The notes: a model not told the origin generated them from the letters alone. A DNA stretch of 64,000 nt from Eledone cirrhosa (GCA_964016885.1 OZ024741.1:56482001-56546000); one strand, 5' to 3'. Numbered from the stretch's first letter, positions 39,599 to 53,983 are shown. Translations and numbers: made by a program.

Positions 39599-40174
39599 AT
39601 TAATGAAATGAATTTCCAATGGAATACACTTACTGCAAAGAATTTCCTTTTCGATAGCTTTAAAAATGGAGTGGAAATAACTTCCGGAACATCAAACATT
39701 GATGGGAGAGCTTGCTTTATAGATATACCAGTGAACGAAGAATTTACAAATGATATATATGAATGAGGAGCATAAGACTGACCGATAAGTATTTGTTGTT
39801 CACTCAATGAACAGTTTTTGTAGAGATCACTCAAGTATAAAGAAATGAGATCAAGAGCCGGTAGGTGAGTCAAACACTTTATATACAGATTATAAAGTGC
39901 TTTCGATATAATCAATATACTTTATACTTTTATTCATCTGTACAGTGTCATATCAGCAAAGGGGGATAATTATTCATCCTACACATTAAGGTGATAAATA
40001 GTATTAATTTACTGACCGGACCATACCATACCAGATTAGACCAGACCATACCGGATCAGTGGTATCCATAAAACGGGATTAATGTTTTCAAGGAGTTTGG
40101 CGTGTGGCTTAGTGGTTAGAATAGGTTTAGTTTAAATTTGCTTACGATCTAGTTAAGGCCAAAGACGACCATAT

Positions 40175-40305
40175 AAAATGATGATTTTTTACGAATGTAA
40201 CATTTCTAGTCCTGTAGAAGCCATTTTTATATTAAATGTTGTATATACTCTACTAATGTATTGAGTACTTCACTTACTGTGGTTACCCTCGATTGAACCC
40301 GGGAC
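40175..40305 (+). mobile_element. Short non-coding element with a degenerate hammerhead, homologous to 52395-52525
   Basis: Shared ctagtcctgtagaagccattt.tatattaaat...tactct.cta.tgtattgagtac...ttactgtggttacc..cgattgaacccggga. Confidence 0.6.
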
Positions 40306-40484
40306 TCTCTCTCCCACACACACATATATATGTATACATAGATACACACACACACACACACATATATATATGTATATATATATACAGGACGTCCACCAAA
40401 AAATGTATACACATATATATTAGAGTGCTGTTGAAGTTTGTATATATTTTGGGGGGATATCCTGTATATATATATTTATATATA

Positions 40485-40885
40485 CATGTGACCATGTAAA
40501 CTACATACGCACTCATGCATATTTCTGCATTATTGCTGTTACAGTTAGGAAGTGATCACATATCGCTGTCATGCAGGTCGGTGTTTGTAAAGTAGTCTCC
40601 TCAATGAATGTACTGTGTGCTAGCTGTACGTTCAGACTCTCCTACGGATGGCTTGTCTGATAGCAGCAGTCGTCTTCTCATTGAAACTCGGCAGCTTTAA
40701 GTAACATATGCTACCTCTAGAGGCTCGTGTCCTCCTTGTTCTTCGAAGTGTTGTTGCTTTGGCATTTCGACGTTTAGTGAGAGAAGTTGAGTAGCCGATT
40801 TCGGTGAAAACTGTTTGGAGTTCCACCGAGCTGGTATGTTTGTTGCTACCTTGCAGAGACATGGTATGTAGAATTTGGTGTATAT
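40485..40885 (-). mobile_element. PLE fragment (thumb end, linker, GIY-YIG start)
   Basis: TVFTEIGYS, CYLKLPSFNEKTTAAIRQAIRR, ICMSAYVVYMVTC. Confidence 0.65.
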
Positions 40886-40889
40886 GGAT

Positions 40890-41125
40890 CCCGCCTTTGT
40901 GACTTAGTGTAAAGTCGATTAGAGAGAATATAGTCTACAAGTTCCCACGCAAACAGTCCGGATGCTGTACATATGGATCAGGGAGCACATGACAACGAAA
41001 GCTTCTTCTGTCAAGAGAGACCTTGACAGATGCCGCAGCCGAGACATTCAGGTCACTATAGAAGCGATGGAAGGAAAGTGGGAAATTTAGCAAACGAAGA
41101 GGCTCTTATCATTCACACGCATATG

Positions 41126-41164
<39 letters not shown>

Positions 41165-41173
41165 ATATATATT

Positions 41174-41243
<70 letters not shown>

Positions 41244-41308
41244 TTGCGAGGTTTTCGATATGAAATCGTGTGTCGAAACAAATATTGTTACAACAATACC
41301 CTCCCCAA

Positions 41309-41313
<5 letters not shown>
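40890..41313 (+). mobile_element. PLE GIY-YIG endonuclease remnant plus terminus
   Basis: RENIVYKF, then (frameshift) [25 protein letters not shown], then NEEALIIH. After a (TA)n run it ends accctccccaagt + (TA)n. Confidence 0.6.
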
Positions 41314-41351
<38 letters not shown>

Positions 41352-41574
41352 GGCGGACTGGGCCTAAAAATATTATTTGCCAGGAGATGAAGGGGGCCCA
41401 CCTACATATAGAATGCTATCATTAAATTTTTATAATGAATAAATAAAATTTAAAAAAAATACATAAGTGGAAACAAAACAGTGCAATCAAATTTTTACGG
41501 GAAAATATCTTACCTTCTCCAATAAAAAATATTATGTATTTTGAGAAATCCAGAGACTTTCAATAATGACCTTT

Positions 41575-41695
<121 letters not shown>

Positions 41696-41814
41696 GAGTA
41701 CGTGTATATGAATATTTATATATATATGTAAAAGGTAAACAGAAATAACAACAGAATCTGTACAGTATATGAAAGGGATATATTAGGTTAACGCTTGATA
41801 TAGCAGGAAGAGGG

Positions 41815-41850
41815 TCTTAACGTTTCGGACGCTAGTCCTTCATCAGAAGA
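41815..41850 (-). ncRNA. Minimal type I hammerhead ribozyme motif
   Basis: Minus strand: tctt CTGATGA a ggac tagc gtcc GAAA cg TT aaga; palindromic aacgtt stem III. Confidence 0.65.
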
Positions 41851-42002
41851 AAGAATGAGAAATAAGATAGATTGAGGGGACGGGTGGGTTGGAATTGGAA
41901 AAAAATAACTTTAGATAAAAATAACAGGTCCCTTCATGTTGACATCTCTTGCAAAACTGTTGATGCTGGCGTTCTCTATATATATATTATTTGCTTGTTA
42001 AA

Positions 42003-42400
42003 AATTGACAAGTCGACCCTAAATATGACTAATAGCTCTAGGAAAACCATGCTACAACTTTTTAACTGATTTTGAAAGTAGGTTTATAATTATTAATTTT
42101 CATTATACTTTTGCAACTCTCTCGGTGACCTAGTTGGGGGAATCATAGACGGTGGTGATCCTGGTTTGAAGTTCGATTCTGGCCGGGAATAGGGTTCCGG
42201 TAAGCTTTTTTAGTTTTTTTCTTTGGAATATAAAATAAATACTGAAAAAGATAACATGTACCTCTCGACCAGGATTGAATCCAAGACCAGGAGCTCCACC
42301 GTCTCTAGTGCCTACCGTTAGTCCACTGAGACAGCTACAACAATCTTATGAAAATTCATACTTATAAATCTACTTTCAAAATTTCAAACCAAAAAGATGT
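42003..42400. mobile_element. Imperfect palindromic element with two convergent tRNA-like heads
   Basis: Plus head 42117-42188 (ggtgacctagttgg...gttcgattct) followed by a T-run; minus head 42263-42331 (cagtggactaacgg...gattcaatcc); outer arms ttttgaaagtaggtttataa / ttataaatctactttcaaaa. Confidence 0.55.
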
Positions 42401-42737
42401 GATGTTCATAACTTTCTTAATGTTATTCGACTTATAAATCATTTGGGTATTCCATAAACTACATCTTCGTTTTGTTTCTCATCTATCTAGACTATATTTT
42501 AAGCTGTAATCCATGTTTCATTTCTATTGCACTTCATTTCTCCCCATTTTCACTCCCTTTCTTACTGCGATATTTGAATCTACTATGATTTGGGCTTACT
42601 TTATTCTTATATATATATGTTTTTGCATGTCAGATATATATATATATATATTATTTGTTTATTAAAATAATCAAATTAAATTAATTCAACAGTTAAACAC
42701 ACATAGGAATAATAAGCTTGTTACCAAAGAGTCAGGA

Positions 42738-43044
42738 GATTGACAAGCGATCCTAAATATAACTAATAGCTCTAGGAAAGCCATAAACGACACCACAACT
42801 TTTTAACTTTGATTTTGAAAGTAGGTCTATAATTATTAATTTTCATTATACTTCTGTAGCTCCCTCGGCGGCCTAGTTGGGGTAATCATAGACGGTAGTG
42901 ATTTTAGTTTGAAGTTCGATCCTGGTCGGGAGTAGGGTTCCCGATAAACCTTTTTAGTTTTTTCTATGGAATGTAAAATAAATACTGAAAAAATTACACG
43001 TACCTCTCGACCAGGATTGAACCCAAGACAGAATTCTCCACTCT

Positions 43045-43050
<6 letters not shown>
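42738..43050. mobile_element. Second, diverged and truncated copy of the 42003 element
   Basis: Collinear with 42003-42305. Confidence 0.7.
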
Positions 43051-43932
<882 letters not shown>

Positions 43933-44757
43933 TAGATATAGTTTACGTATAAAAAGTAATGTCAGTAATATTTTTATATTCTGATTGCTTTTTTACTATG
44001 TCATATTAAAAGCAAAGTTGAACTCAACAAGGTTTGAATTCCGAAAGCATAAATCTGGAACAAATAGTGCAAAGCTTCTCACTCGGTTCTACAACAATTC
44101 CGCCAATTTACTGCTCTGGACTTGATGCTCTTGATTTTATTGACTCACCTTTGGAAGGACGAAAGGCAAAGTTGACATCGACGGGATTTGAACTTAGAGC
44201 ACAAAAGAACCAGCACAAACGTTTCCAATATCTTAAAGCATTTTGTCTTATGCGTATGATGACAGCTTAGAACCAAAGAGACGAGTGTTAAGGGGAATTT
44301 TCCGCAATATCCGATATCTCAAAACCTTCCGACAGACTCACACCAGCAAAATATTCTGTTTTTATATTTGCTCAAAGTTTCTTAACCCTTTTTCTTTTGT
44401 ATTGCCTATCACTTTCTTTACTCACATCTTCCATTTACCTTTACGTTATAAAGTGTTTTGTTTTCATTTTTAAAGATTATTTTTTTCTTTTGCGGGTTTT
44501 TCTTTTCAATATCTTTGTTCGATTAAAAGTTCCATTTTTCTTCAAAAGAATCTTATGGCTAGTTTAGCATTCAAATCATTGCAAATATTTTGTTTATCTC
44601 ATCCGAAACACCATTCTAGAGGCCGTTAAATGCCAATATTTCCACTGAGGATTGACTCTAAATAACCATAAATAACCTTATCTTATTATTGACAATATGT
44701 TTGCTTTTACTTATGTTCCCACAGAGAATTATTATTACTATGGTCAGAAAAATCATT

Positions 44758-44791
<34 letters not shown>

Positions 44792-44807
44792 CAGCAGTAG
44801 CAGCAGC

Positions 44808-44878
<71 letters not shown>

Positions 44879-45258
44879 CTGTGGTGGTAGTAGTGACTGT
44901 GATGGTAGTAGAGGTTGTGGTGGTGGTGGTGTGGTTGTAGTGGTGATGGTGGAGGGGAGGTGGAGGAGAAGGAGAAGAATAAGAAGACGAAGAAGAAGAA
45001 ACAACTTCTGTTCTCTGTTGTGTTCTCGCATTAACAGCTCTCCCAGGGAAATGATCTTATCAGCAGTTAATATGTTTACACTGATCATCACAACATTCTG
45101 ATTCGGTTGCAGTCTCAGTTGTAATACCATTACTTCAATTGATGGAAAATTCATTCAGCTGGAAAACCAGAGATATTATATCACTACAAAGCCTCTCTCT
45201 CTTTTGCTACTCTCTCTATATCTATATATCTATATATCAATAAATATGTATGTATGTA

Positions 45259-45336
<78 letters not shown>

Positions 45337-45346
45337 AACACACACA

Positions 45347-45378
<32 letters not shown>

Positions 45379-45509
45379 CAATATATATATTTCTGTATGC
45401 CAGCCTAATATCTAATTATCTAACTTCATTCTTTTTTTCCTTTTATTCCCCATTGTTGTTGTTGTGTCTCTGTTTGTATTCATGCCTCCCTCTTTTCCTC
45501 TTATATATA

Positions 45510-46550
<1,041 letters not shown>

Positions 46551-46739
46551 TATATATATATATAGCCAGTCGGTGAACATATTAAGTTTCTGATCTCCAC
46601 TATGTCAAATGAGCAAATCAATCGCAGAGTTGAAGCTATTTGTAATCGATTAAAGCTCTGAGGTGGTCATTTGTGAAACACGTGTTACGCGTGATTACGA
46701 ATACAATATGTTAAACTGAAACTGCAATCTCTCATTTTG

Positions 46740-46829
<90 letters not shown>

Positions 46830-46875
46830 TACACACACGCATACATGTATACATTATATACATATACACACCTGC

Positions 46876-46925
<50 letters not shown>

Positions 46926-47076
46926 ATGAATGCTCTGAAATAGCGATATATATGTGAATATAGACATAGAATATTCGAAAATATTCTGTATGTTTATAAT
47001 AAACATTTTGAAGACCTAATCGCTATAGAATAATACGTCACGTATTACAATTAGATTCTCGATAAAAGCAAGGGAA

Positions 47077-47119
47077 GTAATCTACGCGTTTCATTCTTGT
47101 TAGAAATCATCAGGACTAC
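47077..47119 (-). ncRNA. Type I hammerhead ribozyme motif (array copy)
   Basis: Minus strand: gtagtc CTGATGA tttctaacaagaat GAAA cgcg TA gattac. Confidence 0.8.
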
Positions 47120-47384
47120 ATATCCAGTGCTTTTATCGAGAATGACACAGCTAGAGACTTATAGAATACTTAGCTGTGTACAGGAACTGGTTTGAAAGAG
47201 CGGTTGCCGGTCCGGCAGAAATTAGAAATTGGAATGAATGCTCTGAAATAGCGATATATATGTGAATATAGACATAGAATATTCGAAAATATTCTGTATG
47301 TTTATAATAAACATTTTGAAGACCTAATCGCTATAGAATAATACGTCACGTATTACAATTAGATTCTCGATAAAAGCAAGGGAA

Positions 47385-47427
47385 GTAATCTACGCGTTTC
47401 ATTCTTGTTAGAAATCATCAGGACTAC
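47385..47427 (-). ncRNA. Type I hammerhead ribozyme motif (array copy)
   Basis: Identical motif 308 bp downstream of the 47077 copy. Confidence 0.8.
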
Positions 47428-47948
47428 ATATCCAGTGCTTTTATCGAGAATGACACAGCTAGAGACTTATAGAATACTTAGCTGTGTACAGGAACTGGTT
47501 TGAAAGAGCGGTTGCCGGTCCGGCAGAAATTAGAAATTGGAATGAATGCTCTGAAATAGCGATATATATGTGAATATAGACATAGAATATTCGAAAATAT
47601 TCTGTATGTTTATAATAAACATTTTGAAGACCTAATCGCTATAGAATAATACGTCACGTATTACAATTAGATTCTCGATAAAAGCAAGGGAAGTAATCTA
47701 CGCGTTTCATTCTTGGTGACGTATTATTCTATAGCGATTAGGTCTTCAAAATGTTTATTATAAACATACAGAATATAGACATAGAATATTCTATGTCTAT
47801 ATTCACATATATATCGCTATTTCAGAGCATTCATTCCAATTTCTAATTTCTGCCGGACCGGCAACCGCTCTTTCAAACCAGTTCCTGTACACAGCTAAGT
47901 ATTCTATAAGTCTCTAGCTGTGTCATTCTCGATAAAAGCACTGGATAT

Positions 47949-47991
47949 GTAGTCCTGATGATTTCTAACAAGAATGAAACGCGTAGATTAC
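47949..47991 (+). ncRNA. Type I hammerhead ribozyme motif (array copy)
   Basis: gtagtc CTGATGA tttctaacaagaat GAAA cgcg TA gattac. Stem I is extended by attctcgataaaagca / tgcttttatcgagaat after an internal loop. Confidence 0.85.
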
Positions 47992-48256
47992 TTCCCTTGC
48001 TTTTATCGAGAATCTAATTGTAATACGTGACGTATTATTCTATAGCGATTAGGTCTTCAAAATGTTTATTATAAACATACAGAATATTTTCGAATATTCT
48101 ATGTCTATATTCACATATATATCGCTATTTCAGAGCATTCATTCCAATTTCTAATTTCTGCCGGACCGGCAACCGCTCTTTCAAACCAGTTCCTGTACAC
48201 AGCTAAGTATTCTATAAGTCTCTAGCTGTGTCATTCTCGATAAAAGCACTGGATAT

Positions 48257-48299
48257 GTAGTCCTGATGATTTCTAACAAGAATGAAACGCGTAGATTAC
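48257..48299 (+). ncRNA. Type I hammerhead ribozyme motif (array copy)
   Basis: Identical motif 308 bp downstream of the 47949 copy. Confidence 0.85.
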
Positions 48300-48446
48300 T
48301 TCCCTTGCTTTTATCGAGAATCTAATTGTAATACGTGACGTATTATTCTATAGCGATTAGGTCTTCAAAATGTTTATTATAAACATACAGAATATTTTCG
48401 AATATTCTATGTCTATATTCATATATATATATATATATATATATAT

Positions 48447-48957
48447 GAATGTATGTATAGTATATTTGATAATATACTGTAAGTTTAATTAAAAACATTT
48501 TGAACACTATTCGCTAGGAATTTTAAAGTAGTGACTATGTCAATTACTTATTCTCGGCAAAAACAAAGGGGTGTAATCGACAGTCCTGTTTCTCGCTCGT
48601 TAGCGGTTATCAAGACTACTTACCCCTTCACTTTTGCTGAAAGTTATAGAAGATGGATTCTTATAGAATTCCAGTAATTTTTAAGAGCTGATTAAACAGA
48701 CCGGTTGCAGGTCCAGCAAAAATTAGGTATTGGTGCTTTGAAATAGCGATGTGTACATGAATGTATGCATACTATATTTGATAATTGTCGATTACTCCCC
48801 TTTGTTTTTGCCGAGAATAATTAAGTGACATAGTCACTACTTTAAAATTCATAGCAAATGGTCTTCAAAATAATTTTATTAAACATACAGTATATTATCA
48901 AATATACTATACATACATTCATATATACATCGCTGTTTCAGAGCACCAATACTAATA

Positions 48958-48960
<3 letters not shown>
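48447..48960. mobile_element. Diverged sister of the 308-bp unit (~312-bp unit plus inverted partial copy), between (TA)n
   Basis: The unit start repeats at 48447 and 48759, with an inversion at ~48786. Shares tgaaatagcgat, cattttgaa and cggttgc.ggtcc.gca.aaattag with the 308-bp unit. Confidence 0.8.
48573..48619 (-). ncRNA. Hammerhead motif with U3-A8 variant core
   Basis: Minus strand: gtagtc TTGATAA c cgct aacg agcg a GAAA cag ga ctg TC gattac. Confidence 0.7.
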
Positions 48961-49009
<49 letters not shown>

Positions 49010-49253
49010 TGCTTTTAATATCCAATTGAGTTCTTAAACACGTGGTTATAATACCTAACAGGTTTAAATGACCAGTGTGTATATTGTTTTATATTTTAAG
49101 ATGACCTCCCCTTACCCTCTTGAGGGCAGCGTGTATTTCATCTTTGAGAGGACTGCTGGATTTTCGAATCTAACAGTCTCTTTTTAGCGCTGAAGGAGAC
49201 CATCACTAATCTATTAATGTCGATGTAATTTTTATATCGATATTATTTGGGCA

Positions 49254-49377
49254 TCTACTGATGAGTTTATAAGAGCCCGCTTGTGTATAAAACTATGGAT
49301 TATATACAAGTTTCTACAGAACCTGGACATTATTTATCCCAAATTGTAGAAATCTTATAACGAAATGATCGTCTGGA
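49254..49377 (+). ncRNA. Hammerhead motif with a long branched stem II
   Basis: tcta CTGATGA g[t ttataaga...tcttataa]c GAAA tgatcg TC tgga. Inner helices are cttgtgtataa/ttatatacaag and tttctaca/tgtagaaa. Confidence 0.7.
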
Positions 49378-49554
49378 AGGAAAGAGATATTTATTTAATT
49401 ATGTCTCATATAAAATAATACAACCAGCTATCCTTGAAATACTGATTAGTTAGCACCCCAAACACTAAATTGGGAAAATACTTAGGTATATCCTAATGTT
49501 TGTTGAGTGAGATGGAGTTGGAGAGAATATCGCTTAAGGCTTTCTCTGTTTATG

Positions 49555-49596
<42 letters not shown>

Positions 49597-49600
<4 letters not shown>

Positions 49601-50212
49601 CAAGGCCCTGATACCATCAACACTATAAACACAGAGCTGGCATATCTAAGAACTGACTAACTGCCTAATGAGGTCATAGCTATTCAATGTCTATCATCGA
49701 AATATATATAGCAGTAAATAATGATGATTGTTTATATATTGTCAAAGTTCTTTCGTCACACATTGTGATGTTGCTGTTCCATTCATGTAATGGAACAGCA
49801 ACATCACAACTTACAATTAAGGACAAAATGAAAACACACACGCACATAGAACAAACAACCAACCAGTAACATGTAAATAAACAAATAAATAAACAAATAT
49901 AAACACCCACAGACACCCGGATGTAACACATGCGCAAACTAAGCACACAACACACACAAAAACAAGATGGCGTAGGACAGACAAAGGAGAGGCACAAAAG
50001 CAAAGAAAAGAATCCCCAGTCACTGAAGAGGTCACAGAATGTGTGACGAAAGAACTTTGACAATATATAAACAATCATCTAGCTGTGGAACCAACCAACC
50101 AACCGGAAATTTATAAATTCCTAAATTTTTAAATTTATTATAATAAATTGAAGTGAAAGCAACTGGTGCGGGTGTTTCTTATTGGCAACATGACCCTCCC
50201 AAAGTATAACAA
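49597..50212 (+). mobile_element. Non-coding PLE-type element between (TA)n tracts, with an inverted segment and hammerheads
   Basis: 49723-49761 is an inverted copy of 50040-50078. A degenerate hammerhead lies at 49660-49715 (CTAATGA) and an intact core at 50019-50061. Ends atgaccctcccaaagtataacaat + (TA)n. Confidence 0.7.
50019..50061 (+). ncRNA. Type I hammerhead ribozyme motif
   Basis: gtca CTGAAGA g gtcac agaatgt gtgac GAAA gaac TT tgac. Confidence 0.75.
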
Positions 50213-50273
50213 TATATATATATTTATATATATATATTTTATATATATATATATATATTTTATATATATATAT

Positions 50274-50361
<88 letters not shown>

Positions 50362-50403
50362 GTTAAATAAAAGTCAAATGATTAAAATTTAGCTTCGTTT
50401 AAT

Positions 50404-50458
50404 ACTGCTATATATATTTCAGTGACAGCCATCTTTGGCTGTGACCTCTTCAGGCAGT
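50404..50458 (-). ncRNA. Type I hammerhead ribozyme motif
   Basis: Minus strand: actgc CTGAAGA ggtc acagcc aaagat ggctgt cact GAAA tatata TA gcagt. Confidence 0.75.
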
Positions 50459-50508
50459 TTGAATTAGTATGGTATAGACAAGTACATATGTTATTTAGGT
50501 GTATGATA

Positions 50509-50638
50509 TTGTCAATACTCTGATATGCCCAGTTCCTTGTGGGGTTGTTAATTCACTGGGGAACTGGAGTGATATGACTCCAGTTCCCCAGTGAATTAAC
50601 AACCCAACAAGGAACTGGGCATATCAGAGTATTGACAA
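50509..50638. repeat. Fold-back hairpin (~60-bp arms) at the end of the 50404 hammerhead element
   Basis: ttgtcaatactctgatatgcccagttcc...ggaactggagt / actccagttcc...ggcatatcagagtattgacaa. Confidence 0.9.
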
Positions 50639-50639
50639 A

Positions 50640-50739
<100 letters not shown>

Positions 50740-51490
50740 CAGTCCATCAACTGTCCAGGAAAACAAGCATAAAATTTTGACCTTACACATTTTTTTTATT
50801 CATCACAATTCTCTTCAAACTTCTCAACCTTCTGGAGTCGATGAAATTAAGTATTAGTTAAATACTGAATTCAATGCAATCGACTGTACCTCTCCTCAAC
50901 TCTAAGGCCTTCTGCCTATGTGATAGGCTCCCACGATAATGACTGACTATGCATTTGTACTTCGAGAGATCCCCTTTAAGGAAGCCTGGGCAGGGTGTTT
51001 TGTTGAAGATCAGCAGTTATCCGTATCATATATGTTGTCCATGGGAGAAGAAAGGCCGATACAGCTTGGCACTAGTGACGACAGAGGTGGACTCTGGTAC
51101 CAAAGAGTGGAAAGATACACTGCAAGGCCCCAATCACGTTCGACGCTCTTAAAATCACACCAATCCAGTGCTCCCGGATTGGTACTCTGTGTATCGACTC
51201 CGAGGGAACGAAAGACAAAATTGACTACGGTTGAATTTGAACTCAGATGCGCAAAACCCCCGAACATATACAGTGAAGTGTTTTATTCCAATGCTGAAAC
51301 TACCCTATCAGTTTGCCGCCTACGTATCAAATAATTAATTAATCTGAGGAAAATGACTCGAGCTTTTGATCTCTGGATCAGAGACGCTGATCTGGTGTAA
51401 GTAGTTCTGTTTCTTCTGCTGGAATAACTGGACCCTACAATATAAATCGATTTTTTCAACCCTATAGAGCTGCTGCTCTTTACAGAGGTC

Positions 51491-51610
<120 letters not shown>

Positions 51611-51763
51611 TTATGCGTGGGCGTGAGTGAGTGGGAAAAATTTCGGCGTATGTATAAGACGATAAAAAATTGTTGGAAAGGGAGGAATAAAAAATACATA
51701 AATATAATAAAGAAAGGACACGAATAGAGATATAACATAACTAAGTACTGAACATAAACCTGT

Positions 51764-51871
<108 letters not shown>

Positions 51872-51907
51872 CACACACACACAGACACACACACAGACAC
51901 ACACACA

Positions 51908-51996
<89 letters not shown>

Positions 51997-52188
51997 ACAC
52001 ACACACACATTGCTCGGCACACGTTTAAACCATATCTCATTGAGTTAGTAATTGTGACCAAATTGGTTTATGGCTAATACTAACTATATATATATATATA
52101 TAGTAATAATAATAAATTTGAAGACAAAAATCCAAAGAGGGCTCAATAAAGATAAATATATATCAAATATATAAGAACCGTAGAGCAA

Positions 52189-52317
52189 ATATTTATTAAA
52201 ATAACAGATTAAAGTTTAAGCAAAGAATCGCTGCTTTCACCCTTAACGGGAAGATGCCGTTAAGGGTGAAAGCAGCGATTCTTTGCTTAAACTTTAATCT
52301 GTTATTTTAATAAATAT
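52189..52317. repeat. Fold-back hairpin (~60-bp arms, 7-nt loop) abutting (TA)n
   Basis: ...cgctgctttcacccttaacgg gaagatg ccgttaagggtgaaagcagcg... Confidence 0.9.
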
Positions 52318-52328
52318 ATATATATATA

Positions 52329-52366
<38 letters not shown>

Positions 52367-52394
52367 TATATATATACCACCATAACACATTGAC

Positions 52395-52525
52395 AGTCGG
52401 CTTTCCTGATGATTTCCTTCGAATAAAACAGTGCTAGTCCTGTAGAAGCCATTTCTATATTAAATATTTATACTCTGCTATGTATTGAGTACCTTACTGT
52501 GGTTACCTCCGATTGAACCCGGGAT
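52395..52525 (+). mobile_element. Short element with a degenerate hammerhead (GAAA to AAAA)
   Basis: ggctttc CTGATGA tttccttcgaat AAAA cag tgctagtc ctg TA gaagcc. Homologous to 40175-40305. Confidence 0.6.
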
Positions 52526-52542
52526 ACACACACACACGCACG

Positions 52543-52644
<102 letters not shown>

Positions 52645-52821
52645 CACATAAACATATATGTGCATACGCATACCAAATAAACACACACGTACACTCCCAT
52701 TGGCAGCAATACACAAAACACACACATTAATATGCTAGAAATAGCAGCCACAGCTATGCAGTTTTATTCAGGACGTCTCAGTAACCAAAACAGAAATCAT
52801 ACTGACAAAACCAGATGTATT

Positions 52822-53030
52822 GATTTCTAAATTTGGCACAAGACCAGCAATTTATAGGGGAAAGTTGATTATATCGACCCAGTACTTTGTATTATATTTT
52901 ATTGATCCCATAAGGATGAAAGATAAAGTTGACCTCGATAGAATTTTGAACACAGAAGGTAAAGAGCCATAACTAAATGCCACAAATCATTTTGTCCAAC
53001 TCTCTACGGATTTTGCTAATCTGCTACTGA
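52822..53030 (-). mobile_element. SINE family 2, diverged copy
   Basis: ggcacaagaccagcaatt...aggatgaaagataaagttgacctcg. Confidence 0.7.
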
Positions 53031-53354
53031 AACCCAATCAAATATAATACTATTTATCACATATAATAACGACCTAAACGGATAACTCACTGACAAAAAC
53101 AGATATAGTAAGTAAAACAGTTATCACGTTGGCCGAAACAAATACCATAATAACCAAAAATTAATATCATATTGACCAATACAGATATAACATTGACCAA
53201 AACATCATAATAACCAAAGATATCACATTGACCGAAACAGGTATCATAACAGAAAAAAAAAAAAAAAAAAAAAAGATAAATAAAAAGAAAGTTATCTCGT
53301 AATATCATTGCTAGCATTCTTACTTCCAAAACTGGGAGAAAACTTAGTGAAATA

Positions 53355-53533
53355 ATTGTTTTTACTTTTGACACAAGGCCAGAAATTATCCAGTGCATTA
53401 CTGGTACTTCATTTTATCGACCCCGTAAGGATGAAAGGCAAAGTTAACCTCGGCGGGATTTGAACTCGGACCGTATAGGGTCGTAACTCTATGCTGCGAA
53501 GCATGGTGTCCGACCATCTACCGAAACTGCCAA
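53355..53533 (-). mobile_element. SINE family 2, full copy
   Basis: Minus strand has A box tggcagtttcgg, B box gttcaaatcc and the diagnostic body. Confidence 0.85.
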
Positions 53534-53728
53534 TACAGTTTATTACCTTCTGAAAACTCCGCTGAAAAATTCAAGAAAATCTGTGAAAGAGGTGAAGGAG
53601 TGAATTACTACCACTACTACTACCACCGCCAACAACAACAACAACAACCACAACCACCACCACAACCAACAATACTACTCCCACCACCACCACCACCACT
53701 ACTACCACCACTACTACCACCACCACAT

Positions 53729-53774
<46 letters not shown>

Positions 53775-53877
53775 CCCTTACTGACAACATTTCTTTCTTG
53801 CCACTTCCGTCACATATTTGACCTGGCTTACCAACTTAATCGATTAATCAATCAATCAATCAATACATACATACACG

Positions 53878-53931
<54 letters not shown>

Positions 53932-53933
53932 CA

Positions 53934-53981
<48 letters not shown>

Positions 53982-53983
53982 TG

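Larger units (their letters stand above)
46921..48420. mobile_element. 308-bp hammerhead-containing tandem repeat arranged as a palindrome (retrozyme-like / PLE pLTR-like), between (TA)n tracts
   Basis: Unit starts at 46921, 47229 and 47537; inversion after 47715; ~2.3 reverse-complement units run to 48420. No ORF. Confidence 0.9.

Noticed and set aside
46921-48420. CRISPR-like or plain satellite interpretation of the 308-bp array
   Set aside because: There are no unique spacers or cas genes and the context is eukaryotic. The ribozyme and the inversion explain it better than a simple satellite.
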